Part shown: piece after piece, positions 38,918 to 48,500 of the stretch
How the letters are laid out: each line of letters opens with the position of its first letter
Numbering within the stretch: the stretch's first letter is position 1
Source of the DNA: Clostridia bacterium
Lineage (GTDB): Bacteria; Bacillota; Clostridia; Oscillospirales; CAG-272
Assembly: GCA_017472695.1 (NCBI GenBank)
Contig: JAFUOQ010000016.1
Span: forward strand, 25,944 to 89,943
Direction of reading: 5' to 3'
Length of the DNA stretch: 64,000 nt
Made by a program: the position numbers and the translations under genes
The notes under the pieces: model-generated
Databases searched by the model: none
The model's input: only the letters and a program-made list of their open reading frames with translations
Told to the model about the DNA's origin: nothing

Positions 38918-39144
38918 TGATTGCATTCCTTTTGATTAGTCAATACAAGCTCTTAAACAAGTCTTGAATATGGGCTTTGTGTAGCTTCATACAAACTTTA
39001 AAAGAGGGAGTTTGGCACACAAAAAAGAACCACAGGATTTTTATGTCCTGTGGTCTTGTTTTTAATTGAATTTTTTCGTGTGTTTTTGCCTGCAAATTGG
39101 TACACTTTTGGTACACTAACGGCTTTTTGATTTTTTCAAAAGTG

Positions 39145-39210
39145 CCGAAAAGCCTTGTAGTATAAGGCTTTGCGGGATTAGTTATCTGCCAAAGGCTTCA
39201 TTGTTGGGAG
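39145..39210. repeat. lysS 3'-end/terminator copy B (att-like core)
   Basis: The reverse strand of ttagttatctgccaaaggcttcattgttggga encodes PTMKPLADN*. It differs from the true lysS end only at three synonymous positions and includes a copy of the terminator hairpin. Confidence 0.85.
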
Positions 39211-39222
39211 TGGTGGTAAATA

Positions 39223-39311
39223 CGTGGCATAACGTGGCAAAGCTTTGCATATCTTGACATTTTGGCTTTCCACGTTTTCCATAACTTCTCATAAATTGGC
39301 ATACGGTTACA
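39223..39311. repeat. 89-nt element arm, copy 2 (100% identical to 35251-35339)
   Basis: Compared base by base. Further TTGGCACAC / TTGGCATAC repeats follow (39316-39337). Confidence 0.9.
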
Positions 39312-39597
39312 GCACTTTGGCACACGATTTGGCATACGTGGCGTGTGGCTATTACACTAATGAAAAATAGTGAAAAAATAGTGAAATTTTTGTGGAAATT
39401 TTAATGTAATTGTGGTATAATAAAAACACATGATATCAATAACGCAAGCACTATTGCGGTGTTTTTATTGACGGCTAAAAGGTTTTTCTTCGCCTTTTGC
39501 TTGAAAAACGCATCTTACGATGCTACAAACACTTTTGTGTTTGCTTTTATGGTATAATACTATTAGTCAACATCTTAATTTGCAAAAAGGAGAAAAT

Positions 39598-40695
39598 ATG
39601 ATTAAAGTAATGTTAACAAATGATATTTTAAAGAAAATATCAGCCATTGATGAAAATCGTTTCCTTTTAGGAACAGTTGAATTACCTCCGATTACAAGAA
39701 ACAAGCTTCGCAAAAATTCAAAGAAAAAAAGCTCCTATGCGTCAAATAAAATCGAGGGAAATCCATTAACTGAAAAGCAAGCGAGTGATGTCCTTGAAAG
39801 TGATTCACACAAGCACTTTTTAAAGCCCGAGCAAGAAATAAGAAACTACTATTCTGCTCTTACTCTCCTTGAAGAAAAGATTAATAACAGGACTCCTTTT
39901 TCAAAAGAACTCATTTTAGAGGTTCAAGCGATAGTTGAAAAGGGCGCTTCAAAAGAAAAAATTGGTTTAAGAGGACAAATGCCTCCCGGGGTATTATTTG
40001 CAGTTTATGATACAGAAAGTGGTGCGCCTGAATATATACCGCCTGAATACTCAGATATTTCCCCTCTCCTTGACGAGCTTGTAGAATATGTAAACACAAC
40101 TGATGACCATCCACTTATTATTGCAGGGGTTGTTCATTATCAATTAGTTACAATTCACCCATTTGAAGACGGTAATGGTAGAACCGCAAGACTTATGTCT
40201 GGATATATATTAGATTTATATGGGTATGGATTTAACGGTATAGGCTCTTTGGAAGAATATTTTGCTTATGACTCCGACGAATATTATTCTTCGCTTCAAA
40301 TGGGCTTGCCTGTGTTATACTATTCTGGAAGAGATAATCCACCTCATCCGGAAATATGGATTAACTATTTTCTCCGTATGGTTGAATTATATTCCAAAAA
40401 AGTTTATGAGCTATCTAAGGAATCTTCCAAGGATGATATAGCAGGAAGCTTATCCTACCTAAATTCCAAGGAAAAGGAATTTTTGAAATTTCTTATTTCA
40501 AATCGAATTTATGAGATTGTTCCCATTGAAGTAAGCAAAAAATTAGGTGTTACGAACAAAACCGTTATCAACAGATGCGCAAAGCTTGCTTCTAACGGGT
40601 TTTTATTACCGAATATTGTAAAAGAACGAATTCGCTCTTACACTCTTTCTGATTTTGTAAAAAACAATGCTAAACAAATAATTGCTTTAATATAA
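39598..40695 (+). CDS. Fic family protein (class II, N-terminal inhibitory motif) with C-terminal winged-helix domain
   Basis: Fic core HPFEDGNGRTARL. N-terminal SNKIEGN matches the (S/T)xxxE(G/N) inhibitory helix motif. ATG at 39598 follows AAAGGAGAA (ORF track starts at 39520). Confidence 0.88.
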   Translation: MIKVMLTNDILKKISAIDENRFLLGTVELPPITRNKLRKNSKKKSSYASNKIEGNPLTEKQASDVLESDSHKHFLKPEQEIRNYYSALTLLEEKINNRTPFSKELILEVQAIVEKGASKEKIGLRGQMPPGVLFAVYDTESGAPEYIPPEYSDISPLLDELVEYVNTTDDHPLIIAGVVHYQLVTIHPFEDGNGRTARLMSGYILDLYGYGFNGIGSLEEYFAYDSDEYYSSLQMGLPVLYYSGRDNPPHPEIWINYFLRMVELYSKKVYELSKESSKDDIAGSLSYLNSKEKEFLKFLISNRIYEIVPIEVSKKLGVTNKTVINRCAKLASNGFLLPNIVKERIRSYTLSDFVKNNAKQIIALI

Positions 40696-40882
40696 AACAA
40701 AACCACCCTTATACCAATCACGGTATAAAGGTGGATTTGTTTTTATAGTTTTGATATTAAAACTTTATTTGATAAAGTTGTACCAAAGCTAAATGAAAAA
40801 TCAAGCTTTCTGCGCCAAATTTTAGTAATTAAAGAGCTGGTCTTTTTGTCATTAGTTTGTATGAATTAGTTTTAACAAAGCC

Positions 40883-41161
40883 TTAGTCGTTTTCTAATTT
40901 GTCGCAAGCAACACATGTGCCAAGCTCGGCATCATTGAGTACATCTTTGATTTGTTCGTGAAAAAGCTTATAATCATTAAGGTCCGGATACTTTTTCTTT
41001 AACACATCTGTTGCTATAGCATATACTTTTTCGCCTTCCATTTTAATGTTTATAGGCCTTTCGTGAGGACACACCTCTATTGCTCCTATTTCTAACAAAA
41101 TATTGTGAGCTGTATCCCTGTAGAGATCATATTTTTCTAATTCGTGTTTTGCTAAACTCAC
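40883..41161 (-). CDS. Small hypothetical protein (92 aa, four Cys)
   Basis: ORF downstream of the LRR gene on the same strand. CPHE...CVAC could bind metal. No family recognised. Confidence 0.45.
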   Translation of the reverse strand: MSLAKHELEKYDLYRDTAHNILLEIGAIEVCPHERPINIKMEGEKVYAIATDVLKKKYPDLNDYKLFHEQIKDVLNDAELGTCVACDKLEND

Positions 41162-41214
41162 TTTTATTTATCCTTTCTTTTTACTGCGCTTTCTTAATAA
41201 TTTTTACCAACAAA

Positions 41215-44200
41215 TCATTTACAGTACCAGTAATAAGAGCAATATGAGATTTTTAAATAAGTGGCATTCGTACTTGAATACAGAACACTAACATTTGTTC
41301 CACTTGTTGCACCTTCTGTTGTTGTTACATACCAACCGGAAATATCGTCAAAACTCACCGTTTTTAACGAAGTACAACCTGCGAACGCATATTTCCCTAT
41401 TGAGGTTACCTTATTAGGAATCACCACTTTTGTAAGCGAAGTACAACCTGAGAACGCACTGCTTCCTATTGAGGTTAGGTTACTTCCAAATGTTACATTT
41501 GTAAGCGAGGTGCAATCTGAGAACGCACTGCTTCCTATTGAAGTCAGGTTAGTTCCAAATATTACACTTGTAAGCGAAGTACAACTTGAGAACGCACTGC
41601 CTCCTATTGAAATAAGGTTGGTTCCAAACGTTACACTTGTAAGCAAGGTACAGTCTCTAAACGCAGAGTTTCCTATCGAGGTTACGCTATCGGGAATCAC
41701 AATACTTTTAAGCGAAGTGCAACTTCTAAATGCATATTGTCCTATTGAGGTTACATTATTAGGAATCACTACTCTTATAAGCGAAGTGCAATAAGAGAAC
41801 ATAAAATTTCCTATCGATGCTATGCTATCAGGCAATTTGATGCGTGTAAGCAAGTCGCAACCACTGAACGCTTCGTTTCCTATAGATGTTACGCTATTTG
41901 GTATTGTTAGATTTGTAAGCGAGGTGCAACCTGAGAACGCAGAATCACCTATTGTAGTTACACTATCCCCAATTGTTACGCTTGTAAGTGAGGCGCAGCT
42001 ACGGAAAGCATAGTCTCCAATAGATGTTACGCTATTTGGAATTGTTACACTTGTTATATCGTCTCGATTATAGAAAGCATACTGGTTTATAGAATAACTT
42101 TCACCATTATAACCTTCTGGCAAGATGAGCTCTTTTTCATCGCCTATATAATCTATAAGATATATTTCCTTGTCACTTACTACTTTAAATACATAGCCGT
42201 CTTCAGTCGTTTCTATCATGCTATTTTCATTCAATATGTGTACTTCCTTTGCATAATAGCCCAAATATCCGTTGCTCTTTGTTCCAAGAGTTATATTTAA
42301 TTTAGAAAGATTACATACCTCTACAAGCTTGTAACACTTGTAGAAAGCACAGTCTCCAATGGATGTTACGCCATTTGGAATTGTTACACTTGTTATATCG
42401 TTACGATTATAGAAAGCATACTGGTTTATAGAATAATCTTTACCATTATAGCTTTCTGGTAATTTAATCTTTGTATTAGTTCCTACATATCCCACAAGGT
42501 AATATTTATTTTCCCAAGTCATAAAAATATAATCATAAACTGTTTCAAGTATACTTGGTTCAACTTCATCAAGCGAGTCGTGTACTACCTTTGCATAATA
42601 TCCTATGTATCCATAGTTGTTTGAACCTTTGATTATATATAAGTACGAATTATTATATACCTCTACAAGCTTGTAACAGTTATTGAAAGCATAGTCTCCA
42701 ATGCTTTTTACGCCATTTCCAATGATTACACTTATCAAGCTGTCGCAATTATTGAATGCATTTTCTCCAATTGAAGATACACCGTTGCCAATTGTTATGC
42801 TTGTAAGCTTGTCGCAATCATAGAACGCACTATCTCCTATTGAGGTCACACTGTCTGGGATTATTATATTTATAAGTGAGTCGCAATTACAAAATGCAGA
42901 ATTATCTATTGTAGTTACACTATCCCCAATTGTTACGCTTGCAAGCGAGGTGCAACCATAGAAAGCATAATTATCTATAGAGGTTACGCCATTCGGAATT
43001 ATTACTTTAGTTATATCACTTCGTTCAAAGAAGGCATACTGGTTTATAGAATAATCTTTACCATTATAGCCTTCTGGCAATGTAAGTTCTTTTTCATCGC
43101 CTATGTAATCTATAAGGTATATTTCCTGATTACTTACTACTGCAAATACATAGCCATCTTCGGTTGTTTGAATTACACTGTTTTTAGACAATCTATGTTC
43201 TACCTTTACATAATAGTTTAAACCTCCGTCACTACTCGAACCGACGTCTATATCAACATCATAAGCGTTATTATATACTTCTACAAGCCTGTAGCAACCA
43301 CTGAACGCGTTGTCCTTTATCCAAGTTATACTAGGTGGTAATACTATGCTTTTCAGCGAAGTGCAATCTGAGAACGCATATTCTCCAATCAAGGTTACAT
43401 TCAATCCAATTGTCATATTTTCAAGTGATGTACAATATTGGAACGCACGGTCTCCTATTGAAGTTACACTATCTCCGATTGTTAGACTTGTCATTCTATT
43501 GCAATTATAGAATGCTTTACTTCCAATTGATTTTACACGATTTCCAATTGTTGCACTTTCAAGCAAAATACAGTTGTTGAATGCGCAGTCTCCAATTGAG
43601 GTTATATTATCCCCAATCGTTACACTTTCAAGCGATGCGCAACCAGAGAACGCATATCCTCCAATTGAGGTTACACTATCTGGAATCACAAATGATTTAT
43701 CCTGTTTTCCAACAGCATATTGTACAAGTGTTTTTCCATCCTTGGAATATAGATTTCCATCTATTGATTTATATACGGTATTGTTTTCGTCAACACTTAT
43801 GCTTGTAAGCGCGATGCAATCAAGGAATGCACCTTCTTCTATCGAGGTAACAGCTATTCCTTCGTAGGTGCTTGGAATTTCAATTCTAGTATTCTCGCAA
43901 AATCCAACACTGACAAGAGTATATTTGCCAGCATCATTTATTGCAAATACAAGCCCTTCTACCGGCATAATCTTACCGCAAACAGTACACATATAGTCTT
44001 CATATGCATGATTATTTGTTACCGGTACTTCAACTTGTGCTATAAGAATTTCACCACAAGAAGAACATTTTTTACCTTCAGTTAAACCTGTTTTGACACA
44101 GGTAGGCTCAACAATAGAAAGGGTTTCTTCCGTATGACCGTTAGCATCTATTACTGTTTGCTTTACTATAATTTCTCCGCAATCGGAGCACTTTTTTCCC

Positions 44201-44754
44201 TCGGTAAGTCCTGTTTCGGTACAGGTCGGCGCTTTGCCTTCAACTGTTTCTTCCGTATGACCGTTAGCATCTATTACTGTTTGCTTTACTATAATTTCTC
44301 CACAATCGGAGCACTTTTTTCCCTCGGTAAGACCTGTTTCTGTACAAGTTGGCTCTACTGCGGGTATGATTTCTTCAGTATGTCCTGTTGCAACTATCGG
44401 CTCTGATACGGCGTCACCACAGGAGCAAGCTTTTGTTTTTTCTCCCTGTTCGGTACAAGTTGGCTCTTTCGTTGTTATAAATTCACCATAGCTATGTTCA
44501 TGCGGAACATCAGGCGTTATATCGTCCGTATCTGTGCTTGAATCAGTTCCATTGTCTGTGTTGGTATCGGTTTCAGTATCAGAGCTTGAATTATCTGTTC
44601 CCGAATCAACATTTGAACCCGTGTTTGTTTCACCCGTGTTTGCACTATCACTTGATGGTGTTTCTGTATTGTCACAGGAAGATAATACAAACAGCATCAC
44701 AAGTGATAAAACAAGACAGATTAAAAGTGTGATTTTTCCTTTTGTGTTAGTCAT
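41215..44754 (-). CDS. BspA-type leucine-rich-repeat surface lipoprotein with Ser/Thr/Asp-rich linker and four Cys-rich ~41-aa modules
   Basis: 1179 aa. Signal peptide with lipobox LSSC, SD AAGGAGGG, low-complexity TDTNTDNGTD region, repeats GHTEE..EPTCTETGLTEGKKCSDCGEIIVKQTVIDAN, then dozens of LRR_5-like units (VTSIGDxAFxxCxSLxSVTIP). Confidence 0.85.
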   Translation of the reverse strand: MTNTKGKITLLICLVLSLVMLFVLSSCDNTETPSSDSANTGETNTGSNVDSGTDNSSSDTETDTNTDNGTDSSTDTDDITPDVPHEHSYGEFITTKEPTCTEQGEKTKACSCGDAVSEPIVATGHTEEIIPAVEPTCTETGLTEGKKCSDCGEIIVKQTVIDANGHTEETVEGKAPTCTETGLTEGKKCSDCGEIIVKQTVIDANGHTEETLSIVEPTCVKTGLTEGKKCSSCGEILIAQVEVPVTNNHAYEDYMCTVCGKIMPVEGLVFAINDAGKYTLVSVGFCENTRIEIPSTYEGIAVTSIEEGAFLDCIALTSISVDENNTVYKSIDGNLYSKDGKTLVQYAVGKQDKSFVIPDSVTSIGGYAFSGCASLESVTIGDNITSIGDCAFNNCILLESATIGNRVKSIGSKAFYNCNRMTSLTIGDSVTSIGDRAFQYCTSLENMTIGLNVTLIGEYAFSDCTSLKSIVLPPSITWIKDNAFSGCYRLVEVYNNAYDVDIDVGSSSDGGLNYYVKVEHRLSKNSVIQTTEDGYVFAVVSNQEIYLIDYIGDEKELTLPEGYNGKDYSINQYAFFERSDITKVIIPNGVTSIDNYAFYGCTSLASVTIGDSVTTIDNSAFCNCDSLINIIIPDSVTSIGDSAFYDCDKLTSITIGNGVSSIGENAFNNCDSLISVIIGNGVKSIGDYAFNNCYKLVEVYNNSYLYIIKGSNNYGYIGYYAKVVHDSLDEVEPSILETVYDYIFMTWENKYYLVGYVGTNTKIKLPESYNGKDYSINQYAFYNRNDITSVTIPNGVTSIGDCAFYKCYKLVEVCNLSKLNITLGTKSNGYLGYYAKEVHILNENSMIETTEDGYVFKVVSDKEIYLIDYIGDEKELILPEGYNGESYSINQYAFYNRDDITSVTIPNSVTSIGDYAFRSCASLTSVTIGDSVTTIGDSAFSGCTSLTNLTIPNSVTSIGNEAFSGCDLLTRIKLPDSIASIGNFMFSYCTSLIRVVIPNNVTSIGQYAFRSCTSLKSIVIPDSVTSIGNSAFRDCTLLTSVTFGTNLISIGGSAFSSCTSLTSVIFGTNLTSIGSSAFSDCTSLTNVTFGSNLTSIGSSAFSGCTSLTKVVIPNKVTSIGKYAFAGCTSLKTVSFDDISGWYVTTTEGATSGTNVSVLYSSTNATYLKISYCSYYWYCK

Positions 44755-45481
44755 TTTAGACCCTCCTTAAATTGTGTTTTAGCAATATAAAGGTGCTCTA
44801 ACAGAAATAAAAAGAGCACCAACCGTAGTTAGTGCTCCGAAAAACGCAAACTCCGATTGTTGCTACACAATTAAATAACTATGGTATTAGCCATAACCTA
44901 TTTAAAGGAATTCGCGTTTTTTCCAAATTCATAAAATAGGTATGACCAAAAAAGGGTATAGTTATCCCATAATAGCAAAAATACCATAAATCTTATTATT
45001 TAATTGCGTAGCACATTTATTATAACACATTTTATAGGAAAAACAACAAAAAATCGAAAATTTTTTATAAATACTCATTGGAAAGGGTTTGGGACTTGTT
45101 TTCACTTTAGCTTACAAATAACAAATTACAACAAGAAAGCTTGAAAAACAGACTCCTATGGGCTCCATATAAGTGTTTAATTGCGTAATATAAAAGAAAT
45201 ATACCCATGTGACTTTGCACACGGGTATATTGTATATAGTGAAAACTGAACATTATTAGAATGTATGTAGTCAAGCTTTCCTTAATTATTTGACAATCGC
45301 AGATGGAGAGGGAATGACATTTTTGACGGAGCTCATATGAGCCCAATATCGCACTTTCAGTACTTTTAATATAAATCGTTGCATTGTTGAAGAAAGCCAG
45401 AAAACGGGCTCCGTGAAATTTCTAAACAATGTTATATAGGCGTTGTTTGGCGTACAAAAAGCAAATGCTATTTCAAAAATA

Positions 45482-45519
45482 ATATGCTCCCCAAAAGTTA
45501 GACACTTTGGGGAGCATAT
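45482..45519 (-). terminator. Intrinsic terminator of the 377-aa/1232-aa operon
   Basis: Perfect 11-bp inverted repeat atatgctcccc / ggggagcatat, 18 nt after the stop at 45537, followed on the minus strand by ATTATTTTTG. Confidence 0.75.
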
Positions 45520-45536
45520 CAAATTGGACTTGTTTT

Positions 45537-48500
45537 TCATCCTATAATGGATCTCAATTTGTCTCTTTCTCCTTCACGATAGTAATCAGAGGAGATGTAT
45601 TCTAATGCTTTTGCAGTAATAGGATGCGTACTTTCATAATATTTCTTGTATGCATCGTATTTTTTGCTTAAATTGAACTCGACGCTACCATTTCCAACAG
45701 TTCTTACTCCTCTTGAGTTTAAGAACGCTGAATTGAATGTATATGCTACATCATACTTTGAGTCAAAATCATCGCAAGCGAACTCTTCCAAAATATCAGC
45801 AATCTCAATCACTGGCCATATGGTCTCCCACGGTTGCTTTAATACTCTAGCTAAAGTATTAATAACCGCAATTTTTAATATTCTTTTTTCGTCTGTGCCT
45901 TCTTTTGCCACACCAATCATCCTATAAGCCCAAGATTTCAGCATTTCTTTATTTTGAGAAACTGTTTCTATAGGAACAAAGCAGAGTTCTCCATAGGAAC
46001 CAATTACCTCGTACAACATTTTTTGTCCTAATGAGTGATCTTTAATTTCTTCCCTTTGTAGATATAGATTTTTCAAAAGTTCACCCAACGCCTCTGGATT
46101 GTTCCAAAAATATTGCTTTATTCCTATTGGAAAATCTTTTAAATCATATAGCAAAAATGGCAACAAATCAAATTCACACTTGCACAATTCATCAGTATAA
46201 TATTCCTTATCCATACTATCAATAAAAGCACTTAACGCATATTTTTCATTAACAAGCTTTGCAGCGAATCTCTCTTCGTTTGCATTTATAGATAATGATT
46301 TTAACAATGCTATTCCTTCACTATACGTATACACTTTATTTTGATATGCATAATATCCCAACAACGCAACAGGATAAAAAGATACCAATTTTTCTATGAC
46401 CTTGTCCTTAAAAGAACAAACACCCCAAATCATACTTCGCTCAAACCAATATTTTCTTTCTAATTCTGTGTTTTCAAATTTATTTATAAGGTACTCATTT
46501 AAGGGAAGACACATACAAATAAAATCAGAATTGTTTTCGTTTAATTGGTTGCCAATAAGCTCATCTATTTCTTCATGCGTAAACCACGACAAATAGCAAG
46601 ATAAGGCTGTTTTGTCTCGCTTGTTAATAATCAAACTAGCATCTCTCATGTGGTTTTTAGAATTTGCGTAAATTATCTCCCAAGAACTCCATGTTTTTCC
46701 ACAAGCAATTGATATTACCTTTTCTATAACATTTTCCCCATAAAAATCGATCAACTCTTTTATGAATTTCTCTCTAATATTTTTTCTTTCAATTTGCTCG
46801 TATTCTATCCAAGTGTGATCGTTACTATCATATTCTCTGGGATGATCAAAAGGGAAAGAATCATTTTCAAAAACATATTTATATCTTACAAACAAGTCTT
46901 TTGCTTGGGTCATATCAAACAATTCTATTAAATCTGACAACAATTCTTTTAATCTTTCTCTGTTTTTATACTTTTTAACATCGTAAATTGCGTCAAGTAT
47001 TTGATAATTCAATTGTGCTTTAATTTCATCATCCACATTTTTAACTTTGTTTTTAATCTCCGCAAGCCCTTCTTGAATTATGGAAGATTTCATCGTATAC
47101 ATATTATTGAAAATTTCTTTCAACATCTGTATCAACTCATTAGAACTACTGTTTTCTAGCAACCATCTAAGAGCTTCACTTTGTAATTTGTAATATTCTT
47201 CGTATGTAAAATTGATAGTTTCTGGCTTTTCAATTTTATACGAATGAATAACCGGAACTACTGCATTTAATTTTCCTCCACCTGCAAGCTTCTGAATAAT
47301 AGGTCTTGATTTTTCTACTGATTCCTTTTTTATTCGGCTAAATAACAATTCTGTTTTTTCGGATAGTGAAACAGGAATAGATGTCACCATAATGGGAGAA
47401 AACTTTTCTATTACAGCATCCAAAATCTTTTGAGAACCATTTAAATAATAATACAAGTCCAATAAAACGTGAAATGCTTCCTTGCTATGCTCCTTTATTA
47501 ATAAGCATCTTTCAACAGACCATAACACATAGTCTAAAAAGGCATCCTCAAAGAATAGACCTTCTTGCTTTGTCTCAAAAAATCTTTTTACAATCTCTTC
47601 CTTATTTTCTATAGAATCTCTTATAAATTTTAAAAATGAATATGGAGATAGTTCTGCTAACTTCGGAAGATATGGAGCAACAGTAAGAAGCAACTCGTAT
47701 TTTTCTTTTGCTTTATTTAGAACATCGTTTACAAACAAATCAAAATGTTGCTGCGCCATATAGCTCTTAGTTGAAATAATCACAAAACCATCAAGTATAT
47801 TATTTACTAAACTTTCACTCCATTTATAAGAACCATCATTAACATACCAAACAGATGGTTTTTTCTCGTATTTAGGATTAATAAAAGACAATATTTCTTT
47901 CATTTTTTCCTCAAGTTTTTGAAGCTTCAAAGAATAAATATCTATTTGAATGTAATCAAAGCATTCTTTGCGTGCACACAATTTGAATGTAGTCTGATAT
48001 TTAAATAAAGGAGATTCCTTGGTTTCTGACCAATAATTTAACAATTCCAAATAATAATCATAATTTTCTCCCACTAATGTTTTTAGCACTTCCACATCAC
48101 ATTGTCGATTCATCCTTATTTCATCCATCAGCATTAGAGGAATCATTTCGTTTTTATTTTTTAGCCTTGCCCAGTTTGGAACTTTGCACAACGGATTATT
48201 AGCAAGTAATCTTCTTAGTGCCATAAAATTACGATCCGTAGAAATTGCTATTTTATAGGCAGTAGAGCTATCATAGTTCATATTTTGCTCTAATGCTTTT
48301 TCAAAATCACAAATTTCCACACGCTCAAGTTGAATGTTAGCTTTTACATAATTATCAAATATGATATAAATGTTATTTTTATTTTTTCGTATTTTTTCAT
48401 CAAAACAATTAAAGTTAATGATAATAACCTTGTCTTCACAAAAAGTTTTAACTACATCTAATGCGGCTTGATTATTTACAACTATACATTTTTCTTTTAA

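Larger units (their letters stand above)
35239..39144. mobile_element. Putative island 1 at the lysS att site (MATE efflux, Gfo/Idh/MocA oxidoreductase, AraC regulator); no recombinase
   Basis: Bounded by core copies A and B. The left end carries an 89-nt arm identical to the one at the left end of island 2. The right end carries a related arm with TTGGTACAC direct repeats. Confidence 0.5.

Noticed and set aside
38953-38985. Considered whether the conserved right-end block (ttaaacaagtSctgaatatgggctttgtg) is the 3' end of a decayed integrase or other gene (frames end ...KLLNKS*/...KLLNKC*)
   Set aside because: Only ~5 codons are shared, the upstream frames are not conserved between copies, and the third copy (35004) does not keep the frame. 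I treat it as non-coding DNA conservation.
45286-45540. 84-aa ORF whose ATG overlaps the stop of the giant gene (ATGA), which looks like a third translationally coupled gene
   Set aside because: A perfect 11-bp terminator hairpin with a T-tract (45482-45519) lies inside it, right after the giant gene's stop. The sequence is Cys/Phe-rich and low-complexity with no SD of its own, so it is probably non-coding.
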